Shown piece by piece: positions 37,406 to 49,617 of a stretch of 64,000 nt of DNA. The translations under genes and the position numbers were made by a program. Position 1 is the stretch's first letter. Every line of letters starts with the position of its first letter. Source of the stretch: Eremomyces bilateralis CBS 781.70 (lineage: Eukaryota); the NCBI GenBank assembly GCA_010015585.1, contig ML975158.1, one strand, 5' to 3'. The notes beneath the pieces are model-generated. The model worked only from the letters and a program-made list of their open reading frames with translations, did no database searches and had not been told where the DNA came from.

Positions 37406-38792
37406 CTATGGCCGCGGCATGAAACTCGGCCGCTCCATTGGTGCTTCCCTTGCTCTCAATCGTGAGCGGATCATCACTGGCTCCTCTACTTTCTCCGCAG
37501 CGCTGGTACCGTCAAGCAACGGCACCGCGTCACCCCGCGACTCTCCAAACCCCTCCAGCTGCGCAATGCGCCGCTGTTCCAGCTCCTGCTTCCGCTCCGG
37601 CGTCATGATCCACTCCTTCGGGAACTCATGGAACGGCTTCGGGGTATAGTACCGGAAGTCGAACGGCACGTCCTCGAACGTATCCTTGCCGTCGCGTGCT
37701 TCGGCAATGAGACCGTTGATCGTGTCGCCCAGGAACCGCTTGTTCTGCGCCTGCGTCCCAAACGCCTCGCTGCTCATCTTGATGATTCCCGTGCCCGGGT
37801 GGTACCGCGAGCCGGCGATCTTGATCAGCTTGTCGCGCTGCTGTTCGCTGAGGTTCGGGAGGTCGTTCGGGTCGAGCTCCACGACGACTTTCCTCGCGGC
37901 GGGATGGTCTTCGCCTAGATATGTCGTGTACCGGAAACGCAGCGGATGCGTCTTCTTCGGCGGCTCAAATGGCCTCGCGTATTCTATTCCAATCAGCCTC
38001 GTTTCCCACATCGTCCTGCGTTCACCTACTGCTAAGAAGCGGCAACTCCCACGCCACCCACCGCGCATACTCCCGGATCTCCCGCTGCTGCTCCAACTCC
38101 GCATGCGCCGCCGGCGCCACATCGTCGTTCCCAAACGGCTCATCCAACCCCTCCTGGTCGGGCCGCACTGCATCCATATTCCAGAACCCCAATTTCGGCC
38201 GTCGCCGATCGCCTGCGCCCAGCGCCTGCAACGCGGCGTCGGAGAGCGATCCCGGGCGCACACCGTACTGCTGATGCCGCTGGCGGAGATCGTGCGCCTG
38301 GTTGCGGAGCGCGTGCTTCTCGGCCTCGGAGAGTTGGGCGTATTGGAGCTCGGCATCGTGGAGGAGCGGGGATTTTTCGTCCCGCGGGATGAAGGGCCAG
38401 AGTTCTTGGATTTCGGGCTCGAGGAGGCAGATGGAGTCGGGGGCATCGGAGGGAGAAGGGGGGCGGGCGGATTGGTCGGTGGTGCGGTTGGGGGTCTGCG
38501 ATGGTTGAGCTGGCTCGCTGTCTGATGCTCTTGCTGATGTAGACTCTTTTGCTGGAGTTTCCTCGGCATTTGTGGACGATCTCTCTTGAATATCGACGTC
38601 TTTTTTCACCTCGTCTTTCACACCGTCTTTTACATCATCCGACTGTCGGAGTCCCCGTGATTGAGTGAACTGTCTCCTCCATGGCTGTCTCAAGTCATGA
38701 GCAATATGTGATCGCGTGCATGGCGGTGACCGGATTTGTCTCCTGCATGCACCCAAGGCACATCGCCCCAAAGAATTGGCGAGTGAAGCCAT
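37406..38792 (-). CDS. RSM24: Mitochondrial small ribosomal subunit protein mS35 (Rsm24), 2 exons
   Basis: Mitochondrial presequence; AHAELEQQREIREYARWVAWELPLLS / YARPFEPP...PLRFRYTTYLGEDHPAARKVVVE; DTFEDVPFDFR. Confidence 0.92.
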
Positions 38793-39034
38793 TGGGACTC
38801 ATCAATGGAATGTATCAAGAATGGCGCGTCCGTATTGAGAAAGTTTCAAGCTTCGAAGATGGACGGGGAGGAGGAAATCCGCCTAAACTTCGGGAAATTG
38901 TGGCTTTAATATCTAATGAGTAACGTAGTCCAGAGCTCCAGTCCCCTCCTGACATCAAGGTACAAATGTGCTGTGAAATCCAGTGATCGGTCGGCTCATG
39001 GGCATGTCTAAGTAACGACTCCTCTCACTTCAGA

Positions 39035-40037
39035 ATGTATATATCCGGTTTTACAGGGACTCCGGTTACAAAATTGTTAATCGGGTCAATCATCGCCTCC
39101 GCCGTCGCCGTCAGCATCTTCGACGTCAAATACCTCGTCCCCCTCCAAGTGATCCCACACATCTGGGAATATGGGCAAATATGGCGGTTCCTTACCTGGC
39201 AAGGCGCATATTTAAATAGTACCGAAGTGCTGTTTGCTGTCATATCCATTTATCAGATTCGAGTGGTGGAACGGCTATGGGGGAGTAGAAAGTTCGCGGT
39301 ATATGCTACCTGTACTGAACTTCATGGATGTTTGCTAATAGCTACAGTCTTTTCTCCTCCTAACTCTCCCATACACCACCCTCTTACCACCCTTACTCCT
39401 CCTCCTCATCCTCCGCCCCTTCTCCTTCAACACCCTCAATCTCCTCCCCGCCGGGCCCACCGCCATCCTCTTCGCCCTCCTTTCCCAATACCACTCCGCT
39501 ATCCCCCACACCTACAAATACAACCTCTCCACCTCCCTCTCCCCCTCCCCTCCCCACCCCGAACCCGAACCGAAATTAACCTCCAAATCCATCACCTACC
39601 TCACTTCCCTCCAGCTCCTCGCCCCTAACTTCCCCTCCTCCCTCCTCCCTGCCCTCATCGGCTGGTCCGTCGGAAACCTCTGGCGCGCAGACGCCTTACC
39701 GGGCGTCAACACCGCTTCCCGAATCCCATGGTGGTTGCTCCCCGCCTCGTCGCGCCCACCGTCCGCCATGGCGCCCTCGGATCGCATCCCGGCCGCATCA
39801 ACTTCCAGGGGTAGTTGGACCTCGTGGATCTGGTCCGTGCTTCCGGGGACTCGCGCAGCGGAGAGGAGGGAGTATGAGGGGCTGAGGAGAAGGATGGAAG
39901 CGGAGGCTTCGGCAACGGGGGAGGGGTCGGGGACGGCGGGTGAGGGGAGTGGTGCGGCGAGGGGGCGGACGGGGAGTAGGCCGTTGAGGAGCATGTTGGT
40001 TGAGCAGCTTGGGGGGAGCGGGGATCCGAGAGTATGA
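39035..40037 (+). CDS. Dsc2-like rhomboid-pseudoprotease subunit of the DSC E3 ligase complex, 2 exons
   Basis: [47 protein letters not shown]; exon 2 [27 protein letters not shown]-terminal [12 protein letters not shown]. Confidence 0.82.
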
Positions 40038-40749
40038 TGTGATGGTGTGGATGGATTCATGTTAGGAGATGGCTCTGTACTGTGGCTGGCTTAAATTCAT
40101 TGCATGGTAAATAGTGGCGGACTCACGAGCTGGTAGTGATGTTATACATGATGTAAATTGCGAAAGCCCCTGTATATCCAATAGGATAGGTAATAGATCT
40201 TCCCACGGTCATCTGCTCAGCGCAGACATAGCGAGCAGGGTTGGAGCAATGTCAAAATAATAGATATGACTGTTCAAGTTGGTTGAGAGCTTCACACATA
40301 TTGAGAGGAGACATCTGTATTGCACCGCTTTTTCGCTACTGAAGTTGATGTTTTTAGAGCCTTGTACTTTTATATATTGCAAGTGGACAATTGGAATACG
40401 GACTGCTACAGTGTAACATGAACGCCGTGGTTGTCTCCAACCTTTGGCCAAGTCCTCTCAGTGATCTCCTGTGCTTACGCTGATATTTGTGTTATATTGA
40501 TTGAGAACCAGCTTATCGCTCTACTTAAACAAGGCATCACAGAAGTACCTAACACATGATTGTTACAACCCTTCAGGGTACATGAATCTACACCAACCTC
40601 ACTGAAGGCCCAAACAACTCGACGAAACATAAGAAGCATTTCAAGCAAAGCAACCCATTTCCACACTCCCACATGCACGGCTAACCAACCTCCTTTCCCT
40701 AGAACCCTTAAACCTCCTTTGCCCTCACATTCCGCCACACCAGCCATGT

Positions 40750-41984
40750 TCACGGCAACTCTACCACATGCAAAGGCCTCGTCGGCTGGTTCTCCAACTC
40801 CGGTACATCGCCTGGCGCCACCGGCACCGGTTTCATCATGCTCGGGCCCAGGTTCCGAGACGACCGATGTATACCCGCTGGGTTCTCCGTTCCCGGTTTA
40901 TACTCCGTCATCATCACCGGCGAGGTAACCGGTGGCACTTCGTCTGGGGTCTCGGGACGCTTCCGTCGGAGCAGAAGGAGTAGCGTCGCGCCGAATACCA
41001 GAAGGCCGCCGCCTCCAACGCCACCGGCTATCCCAGCGATTTGGGTGGTTGAGAGAGGGGGCGGGCTGGAGTCGGCGGAATAATAGATTTCTCGAGTCAC
41101 GGCTGGGGGGGATCCGGACGATTCAGTGCGGGTGTGGGTCGGGCGAGGCTCTTCACTCTCTTGTGGTGGAGTTGCACCATCTACAACATCTGCTGGAGGA
41201 AGGAACGGAGCGCCGGAGAGAGGTGGTGCTGTATTGTCGACGGTCTGGCTTGAGGATGGTGGTGGGCCTGAGCTTGGACTCGTCGTGGATTCGCCTTGCA
41301 GCGATGATGCGCTCTTCGTCTCTATCTTGGTTACCGTGTTTGTAACTGTACCTGCTGCCAAACTTGTCTTGTCCCAGTCCCAGGAATTGAACGGTTCCGG
41401 TCCTCTGGTACCGTAGCCTTCCATCTCATATTCTCCAACTGGAATATCCAGTTGTCCAGTCGCTCCTCCGACCAGAAACCTGTCAGAAAACCTCAATGTA
41501 TACCCAGAACCAGGCCGCGTGGCATTCATACAGAGGAAGCTAAACGATTCATTTATTGTTAGTCGGAGATATGTCTCTTGGCCTGGATGTTCTCTTACAA
41601 AGGCGCGCTAAAACTTGCCACGCCAACATTCCTGGGAATGATAACCTCGACCTCCATGGCTACCTCCCCATTTGAAGAGAACCTCCCGTTGCTGACAAGG
41701 CCGGCTATAGATCGGTAGTGCTTTGCCAGCAGTTAGCCAATGCCGAACACAGGCCGAACAGCTCCGGGCCAGGAGCTCACCGATTGATCATTGCCTCCGG
41801 CATACAAGTCCAAAGTATATGTCAACAGTTCCTCAATCGTCGGCGAGTGGCCATCATCCCCCCATTTCACTCTTAGCTTCTCCATACACGGAACGGATTT
41901 CCCGGTCAGCTCTTGACTGAACCGCACGTTCGCGTCCACGAAGGGGTGGAGAATAGCTGCGATTAAGAGCAACTGTGAACGCAT
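40750..41984 (-). CDS. Type I membrane cell-surface protein with Kre9/Knh1-like N-terminal domain and Ser/Thr-rich stalk, 3 exons
   Basis: Signal peptide MRSQLLLIAAILHPFVDA; VKWGDDG...YTLDLYAGGN; FFLCMNAT...FSDRFLVGGATG; TM segment IAGIAGGVGGGGLLVFGATLLLLLRRKR; tail VPELENQ/VVELP. Confidence 0.7.
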
Positions 41985-42484
41985 TGCCGTTATCCTCAGA
42001 AGCACCTGCGGACATAGATCAAAATAGAGGTTGTAATGTATGTCGAAACAAGAAAATAACGTGGATTTGATCTGCACATATTGTCCCATATACCTGATGA
42101 TTAGTTTGCGAATTTTGCTCGACGTCGTACTCAATGTACGTACCCGGCCGAGGATTACGAAGCCGTTAGAATGGCTACGTTTGGAAGACAACGGGACCGA
42201 GACGCGCTTCAGATTGTCACACAGGACGGCTTAAGCTTGTTCGCTTCAGCCTATTCCGTATGGGAAGGGGAAATTAGGGAGAAGACCAATTGAAAGGACT
42301 AAATTGACTGTTGCCATCCCGACCGGCTGGGAACTGCAAACTGAATTATCATAGAAATGTGAACCAAACAATCACCCAATGACTTTATAGATATGAATTG
42401 GATATTTGAAAACCAGATTAGGGAATAACGCAAATTACTAAAGAGAACAGGACAAAAAATCAGACCGCACCAATGAGACACTAT

Positions 42485-43828
42485 CTAATAGTCGGCCGTA
42501 CTAGCATTGATATATACGTTGGCTAACTTCTTCTGTAGCACAACCTTCTCGCCGCAAAACTCAGCTTCCGTCGCCATGGAAATCTTGTACGAGCATGAAA
42601 AGTACCCCGTGTCAAAGGATGGAATCAATCCGGGAGAGGAAAGAGGCGCCTCAAACCGGAACGGATACACCGCAATGGGCATATCGTCCCCATCAGCAAC
42701 CCCTCCCTTCCGGGACTGTGTCACTGCCTTGATCTTCCCGCTCAAGCCTGTCGAAGGTCGCAATTCAAAGTCCAGCGAGGTTTCCACCTCATCCGGCCCG
42801 TCCTTCTTGGATGCAGCGTTTTTGTCGCCATGGAACTTCGCCGTTCGCTCCATCGACAACGACTTCAGCCTAATCTTCGCGAGCGGAAAGTTGACATCCA
42901 CGCCGTCGGCAGCATAGACTTCCAACTGAACCGAGCCTTCGAGCAGCCTGCCCGAACTGACGTGCGGATCGATTCTTGCCCTCAGCCTCACCTCAACCTG
43001 CGGACCCTCGGAGCTTTTCCCTGCTATGCGCCTGAACAGCGATGACCGACTGCTCCCACCGTTGGGTGCAAGCGCAGAGCTTGATACCAGAGTTTTGGCG
43101 GTCACGAAGTCAATGACATCGATCGGCGGATTGGCCATCGACGCGGGCGCGTATTTGAATTCCTCCCGCGCCTCCAAGGGAATCAGTTTGTTCTCATTCG
43201 CCGAAGCAGGTTGCAACCCGAGTGACGCCTCAAGCACATACTCCACGACGGCTCCATGATGTACGCAGAGGGCGACTCGGATGCTAGGAGGGAGTGGTGT
43301 TGCACCGTGACTGAGGGCAGCAGCGCTTGTATCGCTATTACCATATGCTGCTGGTGCGGCGGTGTCATTGGTGGCTGTATATGCTGGAAGTGGGCTTTCT
43401 TCCTGAGAGAGCGCGGTCGCAGGGATGACGAAGGTGAACGGCCAACTGTGGTCCCGGCCACGGACGATGGGCGTCTCGCCTTGATCTGTGTTGGTTGTAG
43501 GAGAGATCAGTTTAATGTCCTGGGCATACATCTTCTCGAAGTGCCATGCGGAGGCGGTGCTCACCTTTGCTCGGAAGTCGCGGACTCGGATGGGCCCGTG
43601 GTAGACCTTGTCAATTGCCGTCACGACATTGCAAGATAGAGTGATGGTAAGGTGGGAGGCGAAGAAGTCGGCATTCGCATCGTGCGTAGGAAAAGCGATA
43701 TATCCCGAAATGGGATCATTAGGATGATACAAGTGATCGCGGTTAGCGTTGGTGATGTGGATCTTTAAATCTGATGCCCCAAGACCAGTGGTCTTCACAA
43801 TGCTGTCATCAAGGAGTTGGAGGTCCAT
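42485..43828 (-). CDS. Arrestin-like (N-domain) protein
   Basis: Intronless 447-aa ORF. YHPNDPISGYI, HSWPFTFVIP, LPPS, VEYVLEASL and LIPSFDTGYFSCSYKI are typical arrestin-fold signatures. Confidence 0.7.
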   Translation of the reverse strand: MDLQLLDDSIVKTTGLGASDLKIHITNANRDHLYHPNDPISGYIAFPTHDANADFFASHLTITLSCNVVTAIDKVYHGPIRVRDFRAKVSTASAWHFEKMYAQDIKLISPTTNTDQGETPIVRGRDHSWPFTFVIPATALSQEESPLPAYTATNDTAAPAAYGNSDTSAAALSHGATPLPPSIRVALCVHHGAVVEYVLEASLGLQPASANENKLIPLEAREEFKYAPASMANPPIDVIDFVTAKTLVSSSALAPNGGSSRSSLFRRIAGKSSEGPQVEVRLRARIDPHVSSGRLLEGSVQLEVYAADGVDVNFPLAKIRLKSLSMERTAKFHGDKNAASKKDGPDEVETSLDFELRPSTGLSGKIKAVTQSRKGGVADGDDMPIAVYPFRFEAPLSSPGLIPSFDTGYFSCSYKISMATEAEFCGEKVVLQKKLANVYINASTADY

Positions 43829-45289
43829 TTCGCAAACTGGAGCAGGTTTAGAGGATGGTTTCGGTATTCAATCAAATGGTTTGGATGAAGCATCTTTCGA
43901 CTTGGGAGCTTCCCTTGCGATATTTGTACACATCACGAACCGAGATTTGAAGCATCATGGAATGCTATCCCGTTTCACAGCCCGTTCAATCGTACGTGTT
44001 CGCTTCGTTGAAATCATTTGTTGCTCTCGCTAAGCCTGTTTGATACGTAAGCTAAGGATTCCGATGCATGGCCTTTGCAGGAGAATCACGATGTCGCACG
44101 AGCTTGTAGAACTTGGCTAATATATGAGGTAGCTACGTTGACCTTGGCGTTCCGTTTATTGATATAACTTTAGTTCTTGTTGTTGACAATCCTTCACCTG
44201 AACGACGTTGACACAGATGGACCATGATTTAAGCCATCGTCCCACAACCAGCGGATAGTAGGGGTTGTATAGCCCTTAACATGCAGGTTTCTTCTGGTAC
44301 AACTACCTACAGGCGGTTGTGAAGGATGAGCTGGTGCCTGGTGACCATCGGGCTGAGCCATTTGTCATTAAAGCAATTGATTAAAGTTCACATACACACG
44401 GATAGATGATTTGAGCTAAAGGCCCTCGCAGCAGCTCCGCCTCAAAGTTGACCAGCATACTCCAAATCTGTTGGATGCTGGGACAATGAGATCGTGCCCG
44501 AAAGTGCTTCGAGAATGTATGCAGCCATGGTTTTTCTCATCCTCATAAGCCAACGGCCAATCGGAAAAAGAATATGGAATATGGTGCCCGTCCAACGACA
44601 GTCGTCCACCGAGTTCGCAAGGAACTCAAGGTTTCTACACTGCCGCCAGAAATCATTTATCTTAGACCCGTCGACCGGATGATTGACATCATAGGATTCG
44701 ATGGCTCCATGGTAACGGTCGAACTGACTCAACGACAGCCCCGAAGGGCGTCAAGTTGGCCACGGGTCGTTTGTAGTAGAAGAAAAAGAAGAAGAAGTTG
44801 GGAGGTGGAAAAACTCTTTTGAATGTGGTGTCCCAGTCACGTGAACAGGTTGCCCCCTGTAATCTGAGGGACCTGTGACTGCCTCTTTTGGATTAGCATG
44901 CCAGTTCGGTATTAGCGCACGTTTCCGCTTTCAACCCTCCCAAAACTTTCAAACATAAATACCTCTGTCCCCCTCTCGCCAACCCGCTCTCCTCCATCTT
45001 TTCCCATTCACCAATTCATTTCCCGTCCGCCTTCCTTGTCCCCCCCTTCATTTCCGTCGGCCGACCAAGCCCACTTTCGCCCCTGTGACCTATGTCTGCC
45101 CGCGTGAGGAGCGTCGACGATCCACCGGACTTTTCCTCGCGACGGCCACCCCGCCTACCCCCTTCATTCGATTCATGCGATTTGACTGTTCTCCCCTCTC
45201 AAAGGCCCCTCCATGCCAATGGTGAGCAGTTCTGCCCCTTGTCTCGATCGTCCCTATCATTTTGCTTTTCCCCCCAGCTGGATGGAGGA

Positions 45290-45800
45290 TTCCGCTGTCG
45301 GAGAGTTTGACAACACTTCCAATCTTCGGAAAATTAGCTTGATGTTACACAAATCCTCCCTGCTTACCTGAATTTCAGTCATTGCGGAATAAAATGTCTT
45401 CCTGAACTGCGGAGGGGTTTTGCCCCTATGTACAGACCACCCGCCAAAAGAATCCATAGCTGTGTCCGCCGGAATGAATTCCATAATCATGAAAGCGACA
45501 CCGATAGCATTATTGCAGCTGGCTCCGTACGCAAATATTTCTGGAACTGGGATCCTTGTTTGTTCGCGAATGACTTGAATTGTATGAATCTCGTTCATAA
45601 GACGCTGAAGTGAATCTGGGCACGGTTTGGGGAGTTGCAGTCGTGCTACCCAACTCGTACCATCGTGAAAGTCGAGCCGCCGGACTATGTTCAGTCCACC
45701 CATATTATACTCAGCAGAGAGCTGGCAGGTAATTTCGACGTCGTCATTGGTATATTTACGTTTTATACCGATTGCGTATTCCTTAACATTGTAATGGCAG
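45290..45800 (-). pseudogene. Truncated aminoglycoside-phosphotransferase (APH)/kinase-like gene fragment
   Basis: MGGLNIVRRLDFHDGTSWVARL, EIHTIQVIREQTRIPVPEIFAY, FMIMEFIP. The intron GTAAGC at ~45368 lacks an in-frame acceptor. A short FPKIGSVVKLSD remnant follows, then homology stops with no HxD/D catalytic lobe. Confidence 0.75.
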
Positions 45801-46029
45801 AGTGGAAGTGGGTAAGTCACGTGCTATGGCGCACTCTCGCGTTTGGAACACCTGCGGGGTTTTATTGACGCGACGACAGTAAACATCCACAGCAACAAGC
45901 AGCCATCCACACATCGACAACACCATCGCTTCCACAAAGGGTACACTATACAAAAGTCCAGAGTTCGGTCTTTTCCACCTACTTGCACCCGCTCAATCTC
46001 CTCCAATAAACCAAATCACTACAGCCCAA

Positions 46030-46944
46030 ATGCCAAATACCACTCTTCCATCCGCTTCGATCTCCTCCAACTTTCAAGCTCGCAAACCCTACCCACCACC
46101 AACGCACTCGGATCTTGGTGCCTCTCTTCCTAAGAACAATGACTCATACAATGTGCATTTTCGCCATCCAGGATATCCAGACACAAACAATATTCTTCTC
46201 GTATTGCCAGCACTGGATAGCTCTGAAGGGAGCATTCATCACGAGACGGCAAGGATTGCTTGTGCGATAATCGCAAATTGCACCTGGGAAGGATTTTTGA
46301 CAGAGACGAGAAAAGGACGACGAATTGCAGCGGAGGCAGACTCCCTCCTAACGCTGAAGAATTACTATTTCCGGATCAAAGAGGACCCTGATGACGGTAT
46401 ATCTCGAGGATTGATGTTTCGCTGGACCGCTTTATTCCACATATTAACATAAACTATTCTCAGATCCTAAATACCCTATCATCCCATCCTTTGCCCACTT
46501 TCAATTCCCCCACGATAACCTACCACCTTGTTGGAAATCGGACATCTTCCGCATCCCTAGGTCCGACATCTTACCACGACAGAGCGGCCTGACAGAGATC
46601 CTCTTGTCCCGCGATGTTTCTTGCAGAGTAACCAGCCACACTGAGGGCACGGAAGCTGCGCATCTCATTCCTCGGAGTGAGGAGCCGTGGTTCAGTTCAA
46701 ACATGATGTTTCAATACACTTCTCGTCCCGCCACTATGACCGATCCAACCGACGATGCTCGAAACGCCATTTTGCTACGATCGGATATTCACACTGTGTT
46801 CGACCAGAAACGGTTGGTTGCTGTACCCAAAGGGAGTTCCTGGGTTGTCCATGTCTTTGCCCCTGGCTTGACAGGAGAGCTTGCGAAACTATACCATAAT
46901 GTCACGCTGCAGCCACTTATGGATGTAAGCGTGGAGTGTCTGTT
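46030..46944 (+). CDS. Fungal HNH endonuclease (HNH_2) domain protein, 3' end in assembly gap
   Basis: Exon 1 FRHPGYP...HHETARIACAIIANCTWEGFL...YYF. Exon 2 YPIIPSFAHFQFPHDNLPPCW, RDVSCRVT, EAAHLIP, NAILLRSDIHTVFDQ. Confidence 0.85.
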
Positions 46945-47604
46945 NNNNNNNNNNNNNNNNNNNNNNNNNNNNNNNNNNNNNNNNNNNNNNNNNNNNNNNN
47001 NNNNNNNNNNNNNNNNNNNNNNNNNNNNNNNNNNNNNNNNNNNNNNNNNNNNNNNNNNNNNNNNNNNNNNNNNNNNNNNNNNNNNNNNNNNNNNNNNNNN
47101 NNNNNNNNNNNNNNNNNNNNNNNNNNNNNNNNNNNNNNNNNNNNNNNNNNNNNNNNNNNNNNNNNNNNNNNNNNNNNNNNNNNNNNNNNNNNNNNNNNNN
47201 NNNNNNNNNNNNNNNNNNNNNNNNNNNNNNNNNNNNNNNNNNNNNNNNNNNNNNNNNNNNNNNNNNNNNNNNNNNNNNNNNNNNNNNNNNNNNNNNNNNN
47301 NNNNNNNNNNNNNNNNNNNNNNNNNNNNNNNNNNNNNNNNNNNNNNNNNNNNNNNNNNNNNNNNNNNNNNNNNNNNNNNNNNNNNNNNNNNNNNNNNNNN
47401 NNNNNNNNNNNNNNNNNNNNNNNNNNNNNNNNNNNNNNNNNNNNNNNNNNNNNNNNNNNNNNNNNNNNNNNNNNNNNNNNNNNNNNNNNNNNNNNNNNNN
47501 NNNNNNNNNNNNNNNNNNNNNNNNNNNNNNNNNNNNNNNNNNNNNNNNNNNNNNNNNNNNNNNNNNNNNNNNNNNNNNNNNNNNNNNNNNNNNNNNNNNN
47601 NNNN
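46945..47604. other. Assembly gap (660 N)
   Basis: Run of n characters. Confidence 1.
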
Positions 47605-47775
47605 ACTGATTTCGCAAGTCACTGTACGCTTGTCATGCCTTGAGATGGCCGCTCCCGCCCTCGTGATATATCTATTTTTAGGAGGAAGAGCACACAGCCT
47701 TTGGTGGAATTGACCTGTGTTGATGTCCACCAAGGGACTTTAAGCCTCTGCGACCGTCTCGAGTGTGGACGTGCT

Positions 47776-49617
47776 TCACTCCACTTGGGCATGGAATTTG
47801 TCTTTCCCCCAGACGAGCTTGTCATCTCTCTTCTCAATCCTCATCCACATGTTTCGATGAAGGAAAAAGCCGAAACTTTCTTCGTCCCACATCTTCTCCA
47901 AGCCTCCTCCCGCACGGCAATCAAATCGCAGCACAAACTCGGCAATAGTTTTGTTGAGCTCCATCATGGCGACCGGTCGTCCAAGGCAGCCGAACCGACC
48001 GTATCCAAATACCATCCACACGGTATCATTCATGGCTTGAAGCCTAGCTTCGTCGTCAGGACTGGCTTTGTCATGAAGCAACCATCGTTCCGGTCGGAAC
48101 ACATAGGGATCGTCTCCGTACAAGCTCTTTTCATGGCACATTCCCCAACTATTCCATGCAATGCTAGTGCCACCCGGAACGAAGATCCCATCGATGGTAT
48201 CTCCTTCAGGAGGGACATTCTTGGACAACATCCCAGTCACGGGAGGGTATAGTCGAAGAGATTCCTTAATGCACGCTTGAAGATAAGGCAATTCGCGCGC
48301 CTCGGAATCTCGAATAATCGGCCTGGAGATCTTGCCATCTTTCAGTCCGTTGGTCAACTCTTCCAAGAGCTTGGAACACGGACCCTGATGGGTGAAGATA
48401 TGCATTAAAGCGAGGCGTAGAGCCGTACTCGTGCTATCAGAACCGGCCGTGATCTGTGTTAATGTTTCGCTCTCAAGCTCTTCTTGAGTCAACCCATGAG
48501 CTAGGAACGAGCCCAGCATATCCTTCTGCTCGATCTTGTTCGGACCGAATCTCGCAGCCACAGACTCTTTCGCCCAACCCATGACCTTCCCAACTCCAGT
48601 CGCATCCGAAGCTTTTGGAAAAAAATACTGAACCGCAGGCAGTCGCAAAATTCCCAGCAGCTCAGGATACACGCTAAAGAACATGATGGCTGGAAGCATC
48701 ATGCGGAGATTCTGAAGGTAGCCGAATGGATCACTATTATCAGTGAGAAACCCGAACGGCCTTCCAAATGCGATGCCGGAGATCACATCCAAAGTGAAGA
48801 AAGTCATGATCCTGGCTAAGTCGACAGGGTTATAGCGCTCAGAGTCTGAGGTGTAGCTACGTTCTATGAGAGCAATTAGATTCAAGATTTGTTCCTCGAT
48901 CTCCATTTCCAGATTTGGATTGTCTTTGCCAGAGTACTACTTCTGTTCAGCCGTTATTATTTCGAAGTTGTTCTTAACTCAACTTACCCCTGGACTCATC
49001 TTGGTTCTGAGCTGACCATGTATGGCCTCATCTCGATAACTGACGATGTTATCCCTTTCCGGATGTAGACGCAAAGCTTCATACACCTTGGAACGAGTGT
49101 AAGGACTTCTCACGGCACTCATTCGCCGGATAAGGGAAACATCCTTGGTCAAAAGAGTCGACGGTGCGATTCTCGCCGTCGATCCTGCTAGGTCGTCAGC
49201 AACGTCCACGACTGTTGAATTACACTTTGTATTTGGATTCAATATTGATCGGAGTATCTCTCCATTTTGAATCCACCCTTCCAACTCTTTTTAATCTCGT
49301 TCAAAACTAACGAAACCTTGGCTTTATATAAAGAGCTCGGGATTTCGACGTGAGGTTGCTGATAATTGGTTCAAGCTACCAAATGATTTGATGCGGGTAT
49401 TGGTTCTCTAGGGAAGGTTGGATCGCTCACCATATTCTTCGTTGACTTCGCCAAAATATTTATGCATCCGACCGGACGTTAATACTCGAAGCATCCAGAG
49501 TCTGCTCCATCCGGCTCCTCGAGGGCCTCTGAACCGACGGAGCCCAACATATTGTTTAATGGACTTGAGAGTAAGAAGGAAAGCGGCAACAATGAAGATG
49601 AAGGTGAAGAAGTGCAT
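47776..49617 (-). CDS. Cytochrome P450 (pisatin demethylase-like clan), 3 exons
   Basis: N-terminal TM anchor; GPRGAGWSRLW; I-helix AGSDSTS; K-helix ESLR; FRPERW; heme motif FGYGRFGCLG. Confidence 0.93.

Noticed and set aside
37686..38525. Long antisense/overlapping ORFs (also 3527-4294, 6686-7318, 55861-56577, 62122-63033)
   Set aside because: Shadows of GC-biased real genes; low complexity, no motifs.
44442..44822. Small ORFs on both strands
   Set aside because: No recognisable motif or gene structure; cannot be supported as a gene.
43900..47700. Starship or other giant transposon boundary
   Set aside because: No tyrosine-recombinase (DUF3435) captain or convincing boundary repeats visible in the window.
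46604..47733. Long ORFs containing X runs
   Set aside because: Artefacts of translating through the N gap; only the HNH exon part is real.
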